Positions 1 to 8,537 of a stretch of 64,000 nt of DNA are shown here, piece by piece; position 1 is the stretch's first letter, and every line of letters begins with the position of its first letter. Below the pieces are notes generated by a model that ran no database searches, was not told the origin of the DNA, and saw only the letters and a program-made list of their open reading frames with translations. The translations under genes and the position numbers were made by a program. The DNA lies in contig JBEKEP010000001.1 of NCBI GenBank assembly GCA_050013775.1, forward strand, positions 2,878 through 66,877, written 5' to 3'. This DNA is from Terracidiphilus sp. GTDB lineage: Bacteria; Acidobacteriota; Terriglobia; Terriglobales; Acidobacteriaceae.

Positions 1-950
1 CAAACTCCATCCGAGCCCCAAAGAAACCGATTCGACGAGCCGGAGAGATTGTCTACGAAGTGGCACATCTCCCAGCCGGATCCCACACAATTCTTCTCTA
101 GGTACCAGCGTCCAGGGCCGTCAGCGATTAGACGCGCGGTGAAGAACGGAGGGTGATTGCCCTCGAGGGAGGGGCTGCCATAGAGAAAAGCGTTTAAAGA
201 GACCTGCGCGACAATAGGAGGCAAAAAAATCATTGCCAATTTCGTGGTAATCCCAAGATATCTCCGAAACGGCATTCGTTGGAAGATCGCGAGGACTACA
301 AGCACGATGCATATGGCAATTGCTATCAACAAATGCGTAGCATGGGAGGCAATGGCCCACCAGGAAATCATATAAAGCGTGGTGCGCTCGGTGCGCGATG
401 TACTATCCGGGGCGATTAACAGCAAGAAGATGCAAAGGTAGAGATCCGGGCCTAGGATGTCTGGCATAACGTATGCCCCATACCAACTCAAGCTGCTCAA
501 AAGGCTGAGCAGCATCATGAAGACCAGGAATTGGATCCACATTTTCCTTTGGGCAATGGATCGGAAAACAAGCCAGAGAACCCATGACGTCAAAAGACAC
601 TGGAGAGCGACGATCGGCCAAATGGTGCCGCCCAGATGAAAGGGTAGAATTCCAAGACTGTAAATCAATGACCGTACGCCGTAAAAGGATGAGCGATGAT
701 TCAGAAGGATTGCCGCCGCGACTGCTCGCCCGCCCGAGACATATTCGAGGGTGTCTGGGTACAAAAGCGGAAAGCCGTTGTAGAGTGCGGGCCACGCCAT
801 CAGGAGCGCTCCGAGCGCCACGCCCAAAGGAGCAAAAAGGGACCCCTCTCTTACCGTCCTTTGCAATAGGACAGATATCGGCGGCCTCACAACTTCGTTC
901 GTGTGCATGAGCTTGGGGTCAGAGTTAACCATCTTACGCTGGATTTCCAT
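1..950 (-). CDS. polytopic integral membrane protein, partial (C-terminus lies beyond the window edge)
   Basis: The minus-strand frame is open from position 1 to the ATG at 948-950, with an in-frame TGA just upstream (alternative ATGs at 932 and 908). It is absent from the ORF track because no stop lies in the window. Hand translation gives several hydrophobic helices (LFAPLGVALGALLMAWPALY, WIQFLVFMMLLSLLSSLSWY, WWAIASHATHLLIAIAICIVLVVLAIF). No family recognised. GC is about 50%, versus at least 60% elsewhere. Confidence 0.6.
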   Translation of the reverse strand, partial: MEIQRKMVNSDPKLMHTNEVVRPPISVLLQRTVREGSLFAPLGVALGALLMAWPALYNGFPLLYPDTLEYVSGGRAVAAAILLNHRSSFYGVRSLIYSLGILPFHLGGTIWPIVALQCLLTSWVLWLVFRSIAQRKMWIQFLVFMMLLSLLSSLSWYGAYVMPDILGPDLYLCIFLLLIAPDSTSRTERTTLYMISWWAIASHATHLLIAIAICIVLVVLAIFQRMPFRRYLGITTKLAMIFLPPIVAQVSLNAFLYGSPSLEGNHPPFFTARLIADGPGRWYLEKNCVGSGWEMCHFVDNLSGSSNRFLWGSDGV

Positions 951-1570
951 TTGGCTTCCCTGGTCGCCGTCAATTGCAAGTCCAATTACCTCGGCTCGAG
1001 CCGTCGAATATCCGAGGGAACAAACTAGCCGATTAAACGGCGCGAGACCCCGCAAGATTTGCATCATTGATTTATCAGGGATTTCCGTTTGCCTTTTGGC
1101 TGCGAACCAATATACCCCCATTTGCCTCCGCTCGCGATCTTTCTTGCATCCGTTTCCATCCCAAAGCGCCAGGCGTGCCCTGCAAGGCTATTTTCGTGAC
1201 CCATAAACCATCATTTGCCCCATTTCGAAGCGATTTCACGGACACCCCTCCCTCAACTCCACTCCGCCGTCCAGATTGGTTTTGCCTGGCTGTCGCGCCT
1301 ATCCAGCGGGCAGTGGCAAAGCCAGAATTCGCCGCAGCATGCTTCCAAACCTGTACAGAATCGGCGCGATGTCAGTTTGGAGAGATAACACCCGGAGCCC
1401 TCGACCATCCAGTTGCCCCAAACATCGTGACAATTTGACCGCCAAAACCTGCAACAGAGGGCAAAGTCTGCAAAGGTCAAAATGGCAGAATCCCCTCACC
1501 GGTCTTGACCATTGGCGAACCTTGCCCCATCTAGTCAAAACCTGCAATTTGGCTCTAGACCCGCTTTCAC

Positions 1571-1608
1571 GGCGATGACACGGGTTCAAATCCCGCCGTG
1601 AACGCCAA
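1571..1608 (+). repeat. tRNA 3'-end-like element, copy F1 (T-arm-like GGGTTCAAATCCC + acceptor-like strand + GCCA)
   Basis: ggcgatgacacgggttcaaatcccgccgtgaacgccaa matches copy F2 at 3214..3251 at 30 of 38 positions. No 5' acceptor strand, D-arm or anticodon arm could be found upstream, so it is not a complete tRNA. Confidence 0.5.
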
Positions 1609-1727
1609 TAAAAGCAATAACTTACATGGATCGCTCGTTCCATCGTCATGTGTGGGCGACTCTGTGGCGACTCACCACAATAGGTGCAACGGGACAATTG
1701 CCGCGCGCAGCGAAAGGCTGCCGGGTT

Positions 1728-2597
1728 TCAGCTCCGCCGACTCCGGTAGCGCAGATAGAGATACGCAGCCTTTTCCTTCACACTGACCATTTGCAACCAG
1801 GGAGCAGAACCCGGCACAAACGCCACTCCTTCGACGACTCCCGGTCGAATTGCATCGCCCGCACGGCCGGCGATTTGCGGCGAGAGCGTCAGAAAGAGTT
1901 CGTCTACAGCTTTCGCCGCCAGAAATTGCCCGAACAGCGTAGGCCCGCCTTCGTGGAGAAGCCGCTTTACCCCAAACTGCGACTTGAGCAATTGCAGAAT
2001 CGCCCGCGGAGCGATGCTGCCGCCGCTCGACTTCAAAGCATGGACCTCAACGGAGCCTAGTTTCGCAGCACCCCGGCGCGCGAGCTCATCTCTGCCAGCT
2101 GAGGTTGTGATCACCACCGTGCGGTTAGCCGGCGTTCGGAAAATCGCCCTCTTCAACTCGAGCTGGCCGCTACCGCTAACGATCACGAGCAGAGGATGTT
2201 TTGATTTATGCTGCGCGTTGACTCGGAATTCCTCATATAAATGCTGCGCACCGGGGTAGACGTCTTCAGGAGTCCAAAGGCTCTTCGCGCTTACGCTGTG
2301 CAAAGTTCCGGCGCCGACAATGATGGCATCTGCAGAAGCCCGCAACAGGCCCATGATGAATCGGTCCGCAGGGTTGGAAGCACTGATGGCTGAGCCGCCG
2401 GACTTGCCCTTCATCTCGAAGCTGACGACCCCGTCAAGAGTGGAAACAAAATTCGCAATGACAAACGGACGCGCAGCGGATGATGTGCGAAAGTGCAGAT
2501 CCCCGTCATACAGCTCTCGCAATTTCTGCGGGAGTGCTGGTGCAGCGTATCCCCTGTCGCAATCAATGAGCGTCCGTACGAGCCCCATTTGCTGCAT
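1728..2597 (-). CDS. RibD C-terminal domain / dihydrofolate-reductase-like family protein (pyrimidine reductase-like)
   Basis: 289-aa ORF. The stretch PFVIANFVSTLDGVVSF...AIIVGAGTLHS...HPLLVIVSGSGQLE...LLHEGGPTLFGQFL is typical of the RibD_C reductase fold. Confidence 0.75.
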   Translation of the reverse strand: MQQMGLVRTLIDCDRGYAAPALPQKLRELYDGDLHFRTSSAARPFVIANFVSTLDGVVSFEMKGKSGGSAISASNPADRFIMGLLRASADAIIVGAGTLHSVSAKSLWTPEDVYPGAQHLYEEFRVNAQHKSKHPLLVIVSGSGQLELKRAIFRTPANRTVVITTSAGRDELARRGAAKLGSVEVHALKSSGGSIAPRAILQLLKSQFGVKRLLHEGGPTLFGQFLAAKAVDELFLTLSPQIAGRAGDAIRPGVVEGVAFVPGSAPWLQMVSVKEKAAYLYLRYRSRRS

Positions 2598-2627
2598 TTC
2601 TCAATGCCCCCGCGGATGGAGAAACAA

Positions 2628-3062
2628 CTAGGTGGTTTGTCCGACCTCGATAATATATCCGTCAGGATCGCGGATGTAGCAGCGAATCTCGCCGTACTTC
2701 TGAATCGGCTCCGTGAGGAACTCGGCCCCTCGACTCTTCCATAGTGCATAGCAGGCTTGAATATCGGCAACGCGGATATTCATAAAGCTGTTGATCTTAT
2801 CCGGGTCGACGAGGACGCTGAGAGTTACCGTCGGCTTGTCCGGGGTGGGCCCGCCACCTACGTTGACAATGAGCCACGTATTTGCGATCTGAATATGTCC
2901 AGACGCGCCCTTGCTGTCGCCAAGGCTCAGGATGCGGCCGCCAAAGACCTTTTCGTAGTAGCGAGCTGATCGCTCGATGTCGGCAACAGTGATAAAAAGT
3001 GTGACGGTGAAACCCTCAAGTGGGGGCATCTCATAGCTCTTCTGTCCGACTTGTACGCTCAT
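2628..3062 (-). CDS. VOC (glyoxalase/bleomycin-resistance/dioxygenase) family protein, copy 1
   Basis: 144-aa ORF with a GAGGAG RBS. It ends in the C-terminal motif CYIRDPDGYIIEVGQ and is a close paralog of 8538..8984. Confidence 0.8.
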   Translation of the reverse strand: MSVQVGQKSYEMPPLEGFTVTLFITVADIERSARYYEKVFGGRILSLGDSKGASGHIQIANTWLIVNVGGGPTPDKPTVTLSVLVDPDKINSFMNIRVADIQACYALWKSRGAEFLTEPIQKYGEIRCYIRDPDGYIIEVGQTT

Positions 3063-3213
3063 GGTCGACTCCTCTCGATACAGTGTTCAACACAAATACA
3101 GTATCCCGCGAGTTCCTGTTTCCTTTGTCTTCCCTATGGACATTTACACGGCATTACGGCGCGACTGGCGCCTTGCAAGGCCATCGTGATCCAGACCGTC
3201 AGCGCCCACGCAA

Positions 3214-3251
3214 GGCGATAACACAGGCTCAAATCCCGTTGGGGATGCCAA
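3214..3251 (+). repeat. tRNA 3'-end-like element, copy F2
   Basis: ggcgataacacaggctcaaatcccgttggggatgccaa, 30/38 identical to F1 in the same orientation. It lies in the 494-bp gap between VOC copy 1 and the TonB-like gene. Confidence 0.45.
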
Positions 3252-3556
3252 GATTCCAAATCAGTTAGAGGATTTTTGCGGTCTGCCGGGTCGCTTCCGG
3301 CGATGAATGCGTGACTAAGGATGGGATTGCCGCCCATTGGTGGGGGCCGCATCTAAGAATTGTGAAGGCGGCTCGCGGCAGCCAGTCAGAATAGCAATTC
3401 TCTCTCCCGCCGTCCCAACATCATCTGGAGGATTTCGAGTCGCGCTCCCTCACACAAGAGCATCCAACGTGCTCTCGGTAGCCGATTAAGGGACACTTCT
3501 CGAGAGGACCCCGCATGGAACCATGCCGGGTTGCGCAACGTTCGCGCTTCGCTACG

Positions 3557-5008
3557 TTATCCGCCAAGAGTGAAGATTACGTTGACCGTAGTTTCAACTT
3601 CTGTCGGCTGGTTGTTGAGTTGGTACGGTTTGTAGTGCCAGGACCGCACGGCATCGAGTGCCGCGGACCGCAACATGGGTGGTCCGCTTACAACCTGCAA
3701 ATCCGTAATCGCTCCGGTCTTGGAAATAATGGCATGCAATACCACCGTGCCGGAGACGCGGGCTGCTTTAGCGATGGTCGGATAGAGGGGTTCCGTCTTT
3801 CGAGTCAGCATTCCAGTCGCGACGCCGGATGAAATGACGAGCGGCTTGGAAGCATTCATGACGGGCTGTGCGCGTCCTTTGAAGAGGCTGGGATTCGTGC
3901 TGTTACCGCCCAGGCCATCCGCACCGGTCGTGCTAAAGTTCTCGGGGGCAGGCTCATTTTCCGCGACTTGCTTCGGAATCGTTGTTGGCGCGGCGAGTTG
4001 ACCGTTCATCATTTGCGTCTGCGCCTCTCCCGGCTTCACTGCGTTCTCATTGTTGGTCGGCTGGTCATTCGTCGTCTGTTGATTTCCGGTAGTTGCCTGT
4101 GGCTTGTCCTGAGTGGACTGTCCCTTGGCCGACGGCTTTGGCGCGTTCGTCTGCGGCTGAGTTTCGGTTGTTGCGGGAGGGGGCTGAATCGATTGTTTCG
4201 ACGCGGCCTTCGCTCCATGATGGAACAGCGGGATCATACAAACGATCAGAAGCAGAATCGAACCGGCGCTAACCGGAGCAACGATCATCCACTTCTTTTT
4301 CGCCGTCTTCGGCTCTTCCGGGACTTCGGTTTTCTTCGTAGAAAACAACTGGAAGATTACCTCGTCAGCATCGGCTCTCAGCGCCGCTTTGAATTCGGGT
4401 GAGTTAGTAATTCCATCCGCCTTAGCGGCGTTTTGCCCACGCGGCGTCGCGGCAACCCCGTTTGCCGTTTGGCTGGCGTCTGGTTTGTGCGAAGCGCGGC
4501 TGGGCGATTCATCCACCAACGCGCTCGCCACCTCTTGCTTCCTGGCAATGCCTGGTACGGACGAGGCTGAGTCCGACACACGGGGCTTCTTCGTCACGGG
4601 CGGCAAGATTACTTCGCGTTCTGCCGCTTGGCCTGGCGATTTTGCAGTCTTACCGAAAGAAAGAGCGGCTTCCCATGCTTCCCGTTCCCAGGGGTTACGC
4701 GGCATAGCCGCAGGAATTGCTTCGCCATTTCGATTGACGAATTCCTTTTGCTGCTTAACAAACACCGGCGCGGACGGCCCTGAGCCTGAAATACGCGGCA
4801 TGTCCACCGGGGATTCCGATAATGTATCGTGATCGGCGGACTGCCGGTGCGGCTTTGCAATCTCGTCGAGGGAAAGAGCGGCTTCCCATGCTTCGCGTTC
4901 ACCGGAGTGATCAGGCGAAGGCGCAGAAGAAGATTCGCCATCCCATTCGAAGAAGTCCTCGGGTAGAGTTTCGGGTAGCGACGGAGCTAATTTTTCTGAA
5001 GATGCCAT
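3557..5008 (-). CDS. TonB C-terminal-domain protein with a long (about 240 aa) cytoplasmic N-terminal extension
   Basis: 483 aa with a single TM (WMIVAPVSAGSILLLIVCMIPLF), a Gln/Pro/Thr-rich linker, and a C-terminus LYPTIAKAARVSGTVVLHAIISKTGAITDLQVVSGPPMLRSAALDAVRSWHYKPY that is typical of TonB_C. Its start overlaps the upstream gene by 22 nt. Confidence 0.8.
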   Translation of the reverse strand: MASSEKLAPSLPETLPEDFFEWDGESSSAPSPDHSGEREAWEAALSLDEIAKPHRQSADHDTLSESPVDMPRISGSGPSAPVFVKQQKEFVNRNGEAIPAAMPRNPWEREAWEAALSFGKTAKSPGQAAEREVILPPVTKKPRVSDSASSVPGIARKQEVASALVDESPSRASHKPDASQTANGVAATPRGQNAAKADGITNSPEFKAALRADADEVIFQLFSTKKTEVPEEPKTAKKKWMIVAPVSAGSILLLIVCMIPLFHHGAKAASKQSIQPPPATTETQPQTNAPKPSAKGQSTQDKPQATTGNQQTTNDQPTNNENAVKPGEAQTQMMNGQLAAPTTIPKQVAENEPAPENFSTTGADGLGGNSTNPSLFKGRAQPVMNASKPLVISSGVATGMLTRKTEPLYPTIAKAARVSGTVVLHAIISKTGAITDLQVVSGPPMLRSAALDAVRSWHYKPYQLNNQPTEVETTVNVIFTLGG

Positions 5009-7725
5009 TGACCGTCCCGTCCTTTCTCATAGACAGCGCCTTTGTACTTTCGTGTTTCGCGCGCGTTTGTCCTGGTTGCAGTGCTTTCGCCCGTTACGTC
5101 CGCCGGCTGCGAATCCGCGGGGGCAAGGTGGGTTGAGGTGAAGGTCCACGCGAACTGCGGCTCAGTTTCTGCGGTTGGCGATGAAGCAAGGTCGTGCGAT
5201 CCTTGCACCACAAGCACGACCGTGGCTTTCGCCGTCGCGTAGCTCTCAGTGTCCGACGGAGTGAACGTCGCGGAGAGGGTATACCTTCCAGGTGCGAGTA
5301 CGTTGCCCGCGGAAGGAGTGTAGACAAATGTTCCCTCGACCGATGCCGTAGCATTCAACTGAATATCGCTCAGCGCAGTGCCGTAGGAAATTAGAGAGGG
5401 GACCGGCCAGGTAATGATGCTTGCTAACTTCTCGGCAACCGTGAGCGGCACCACTGTCCTTACCGTTGTGTAATTCAGAGTGTCGGTCGGAGTGAAAATT
5501 ACCGAGAGCTCATGTACTCCCGGCGGGAGTATCTCGCCCGCGGCAGGTGAGAAGATTAAAGATCCCGGGACGGTTGCAGTGGCATTGAGTTGAATAGCGC
5601 TGAGGGCGGCGCCGTAGGTAATCGGCTCCGGTGTCGGCCACGTGATGGCAGGAGTTGCCTTCGCGACAGTCAGCGATGCGGAAGTCTGCGATGTGGAGTA
5701 GCCCAGAGTATCCGCCGGCGTGAAAACCGCCGACAGCCTATGCTCTCCGGCCGCGAGCACCGCTCCTAGGCCGGGGGTATACTCGAACTCTCCCGGAACC
5801 GACGACTCGGCACAGAGTTGCGTGGCGCTGAGCTGTGTTCCGTACGTGATCGGATCGGGTCTCGGCCATTGGATGGCAGACTTTGCCCTGGCCACGGTGA
5901 GTTGCACGGTGGCATGCGCTGTGACGTAATTCGCGGTGTCCGCTGCGGTGAACGTGACCGAGAGTGTATGCACTCCAGGAGCAAGCACCTCGCCCGGTGC
6001 GGGAGAATAGTCGAAGCTTCCAGGCGCCGGTGCTGAGGCGTTCAGTTGCGCATCGCCCAATGCGGTGCCGTAGATGATCGCGGCAGGTGTTGGCCACGTG
6101 AGGGCCGGCGCTGCCTTAGTCACAACGATTGAAATTGCAGCCTGCACCGGAGCGCGGTTGCTGCCGCCTGCCGGAGTAAATGTGACCCATATCGTGTGCG
6201 TTCCCACCGGCAGCACATAGCCCGGGCCGGGTGTGTAGACAAATCTTCCATCGACCGATGCCTCGGCATTGAGTTGGGCGTGGGTGAGTTTGTCTCCGTA
6301 GGCAATCGGGTTGGGTTCAGGCCACGTGATGGTCGGAGCCGGGCCCGTATCGGGCGCATGCAAGACCGCAGTGCTAGGCGGCTCATCATTATCAAATTCC
6401 GCCCGCGCACGGTCTCTGTCGAGATCTCTAAACTCGGATTCTCTAAGTCCGGCATCTTTAAGCCCGGGATCTTTCTTTTTCTCTGGAGGAAGAGGGCGCC
6501 CGGTAATTGAGCAGGCCATCTCCAGGCTTATGCGCGAAATGCATGTGTCTGCTTGCGCGGCGTCGCCGGACTGCAGTCCACGCGCTGCGCCCTGATCATT
6601 TGGAATCTTCCACCGTACCGGCCTGCCAAGAGCCTTGACGATGACATCTTCGTTCGCCGTTTCGTGGAAGCGTGAATCAAACCGGTTGATCACGATTTCC
6701 AGCTCTGAATTGCCTTCGCCGAAGAACTGTGAGATGACACGACTTGAATTGCGCAGTTCGGAGATCCCGGTCTGGGTGACCAGGTAAACGATCGATGCAT
6801 GTTCGAACAGGGCTTTGGCCGCTGGGTCAATCCTCGATCCCGCATCTACGACCACAAGATCGAATTCGCTCCGCGCGATTGCCATCAGCTTCTCGATGTC
6901 GCTTTTGGAAGCCTCGATTTCGGAAATTTGGGTGGGAGCCGCCAGCACGAAGACTCCTGACCGATGCTTGGCGACGATATTCTCAAGAAGAGTCGCATCC
7001 AGCCGGTCGATATTCTGCAGGGCGTAATCTGTCGAGTAGCCCGCGGCAATCCCCAGGCATAGCGCTGCGTCTCCAATGGGAAGAGCGAGGTCAATCAGCA
7101 GGACGCGCTGGTCTGGAGACTGGGCCAGAGCGATCGCAATGTTGCATGCGACCGTCGTAACACCCGATCCTCCCTTGGAGCCGGTAAAGACGAGCAGCTT
7201 TCCCTCGGCCCTCTTTCCTGAGTGACCTCTCTCGCGAAGGGCTGTGGTGGTCCGATCCAGAGCCTTGGCCATGGCGCCTTGCTCAAGAGGCAGAAGGAGG
7301 CACTCACGGGCGCCTGCGCGCTTCGAGCGCTGCGCAAGTTCAGCATCGGCCTTCTCCGAATAAACCATGATCGCTCCCCCGCTTTTGGCACTCGTTTTTG
7401 CCACCAGTTCCAGAGCGGTATCGGGTTCACTGTCCAGATCGAGAATGATCACGTCGAACGACGCCTGCAATCTTTGCAGGCGATCAAATCCCGGAGGATA
7501 GGAATCGAATTCTCGAATCACGACGCGACGAGTTTCGTCGAGAGCCTTGGCCATTGCCAGGCGTCTCCCCTCGTCTGGGCCGATCAAGGCAACCGACAAG
7601 AACTCAGCGCCAATGGCGCCGGCTTGTTTGCTGCCGAGTTTTGGTGACACATCCCCTGAACTCACGGTGAAAGTTGCTCCTCGTGGTACCATTCCCCTTT
7701 TCTCCTCAAGCCCGAATATCGACAT
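4987..7725 (-). CDS. CpaE/TadZ-like (receiver-like domain + ParA/MinD-type ATPase) protein fused to five tandem Ig-like repeats
   Basis: 912 aa. It has a receiver-like N-terminus (FDVIILDLDSEPD), a deviant Walker A (LLVFTGSKGGSGVTTVACNIA), then a charged linker and five repeats of 76-78 aa. No TM segment or signal peptide was seen. Confidence 0.8.
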   Translation of the reverse strand: MSIFGLEEKRGMVPRGATFTVSSGDVSPKLGSKQAGAIGAEFLSVALIGPDEGRRLAMAKALDETRRVVIREFDSYPPGFDRLQRLQASFDVIILDLDSEPDTALELVAKTSAKSGGAIMVYSEKADAELAQRSKRAGARECLLLPLEQGAMAKALDRTTTALRERGHSGKRAEGKLLVFTGSKGGSGVTTVACNIAIALAQSPDQRVLLIDLALPIGDAALCLGIAAGYSTDYALQNIDRLDATLLENIVAKHRSGVFVLAAPTQISEIEASKSDIEKLMAIARSEFDLVVVDAGSRIDPAAKALFEHASIVYLVTQTGISELRNSSRVISQFFGEGNSELEIVINRFDSRFHETANEDVIVKALGRPVRWKIPNDQGAARGLQSGDAAQADTCISRISLEMACSITGRPLPPEKKKDPGLKDAGLRESEFRDLDRDRARAEFDNDEPPSTAVLHAPDTGPAPTITWPEPNPIAYGDKLTHAQLNAEASVDGRFVYTPGPGYVLPVGTHTIWVTFTPAGGSNRAPVQAAISIVVTKAAPALTWPTPAAIIYGTALGDAQLNASAPAPGSFDYSPAPGEVLAPGVHTLSVTFTAADTANYVTAHATVQLTVARAKSAIQWPRPDPITYGTQLSATQLCAESSVPGEFEYTPGLGAVLAAGEHRLSAVFTPADTLGYSTSQTSASLTVAKATPAITWPTPEPITYGAALSAIQLNATATVPGSLIFSPAAGEILPPGVHELSVIFTPTDTLNYTTVRTVVPLTVAEKLASIITWPVPSLISYGTALSDIQLNATASVEGTFVYTPSAGNVLAPGRYTLSATFTPSDTESYATAKATVVLVVQGSHDLASSPTAETEPQFAWTFTSTHLAPADSQPADVTGESTATRTNARETRKYKGAVYEKGRDGQWHLQKN
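5197..6342 (-). repeat. five in-frame tandem coding repeats (about 229-234 nt each) inside the CpaE-like gene
   Basis: Repeat starts recur as ccacgtgatgg / ccacgtgaggg / ccattggatgg / ccacgtgatgg / ccaggtaatga (I/L-T/Q-W-P) near 6325, 6090, 5870, 5640 and 5405. Protein pattern: TWP.P..I.YG..L...QLNA.A.V.G.F.Y.P..G.VL..G.H.LS..FTP.D...Y. Confidence 0.85.
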
Positions 7726-8155
7726 ATTGTCCCTGGGCGGAACTCACAGTTCTCCCGCCTATACCGAACCAAGGTCGTGCAATTCTGGGGGAATTACATC
7801 AAAGCGAGCGTCAATGTATGACTGCCGGCCAAGTAAGTTACGGTGATAATGATGGTAACCATTCTTTAGGTCGATATGGAATACCAGATAACCGTAAGCA
7901 GCCATTACGAAAGTGCTATTAACTATCCCACGCACGGTTGACTGAGCCGGGCGCGATGACTGTGGGGGACACCAAACGAGTCAATCGCTTAGCTGAACCC
8001 CTGCATTTCCCGGGTCCACCTCAGGAGCACGCACTTCCAGGCGCTCTTCTCGCCTGCAAGTTGACGTGGTTTTCTCGCTTTTGCGGACAGGAGCTTCTTC
8101 TCTGCGTGCGGCTTCCCGCAAGCTTCGAACACCCTCTTGCCGATCGCTTATCAAA

Positions 8156-8376
8156 TTAACTTTGGCTGTTGAACCAGTCGATGGCTAATTGGGTGTACTG
8201 GCCGACCTCGATGATGTAGCCGTCGGGATCGCGCATGTAGCAGGGATCTTCGGACCTGATCAATTTTCCGCCAGGAATTCGGACATAGAAGTCCGCCGCC
8301 TTCGCCTGTCCTTCACAGTGAAGAAGTGACACGCGAAGAAACCCTCGCGTGCAACGAGCGCGTCAGGCAGATTCAT
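8156..8376 (-). pseudogene. VOC family gene remnant (N-terminal about 30 codons, frameshift/internal deletion, C-terminal about 25 codons)
   Basis: An AGGAGG RBS precedes ATG at 8376, giving MNLPDALVAREGFFACHFFTVKD, then a premature stop at 8260. A different frame resumes ...YMRDPDGYIIEVGQYTQLAIDWFNSQS* (stop 8156-8158). Both ends match the ends of the two intact VOC copies. Confidence 0.55.
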
Positions 8377-8537
8377 ACCGTGCCTCCTGATGCGGATGAA
8401 TGAGGATGCGGCCGGAAACGCCGACGGTCGAAATTCAGGTTTTGATCTGCCGGCGATCCCATGACGACCAACTGCTTCACGAGCGATTCCCAGTCAGCTC
8501 GTCAGCGCTTGAATCCGCATCCCGCTCGGGCCGGGCG

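Noticed and set aside
1530-1608. Possible complete tRNA (or tmRNA 3' end) ending in GGGTTCAAATCCCGCCGTGAACGCCA
   Set aside because: I could not find a 5' acceptor strand complementary to CGTGAAC, a D-arm or a 5-bp/7-nt anticodon arm within 70-95 nt upstream. The T-stem has an A-C mismatch. There is no tmRNA-like GGGG start or tag reading frame upstream. I kept it only as a tRNA-3'-end-like repeat.
3134-3352. 72-aa minus-strand ORF as a real gene
   Set aside because: Composition is poor and there is no RBS. It shows only weak similarity to the C-terminus of the zf-UBP gene, so I treat it as a possible decayed remnant rather than a CDS.
5197-6342. Periodic repeats that might be taken for a CRISPR-like array
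   Set aside because: The period is about 231 nt, in-frame and inside a long ORF. The units are divergent protein-domain repeats with no short identical direct repeats or spacers. No cas genes are present in the window.
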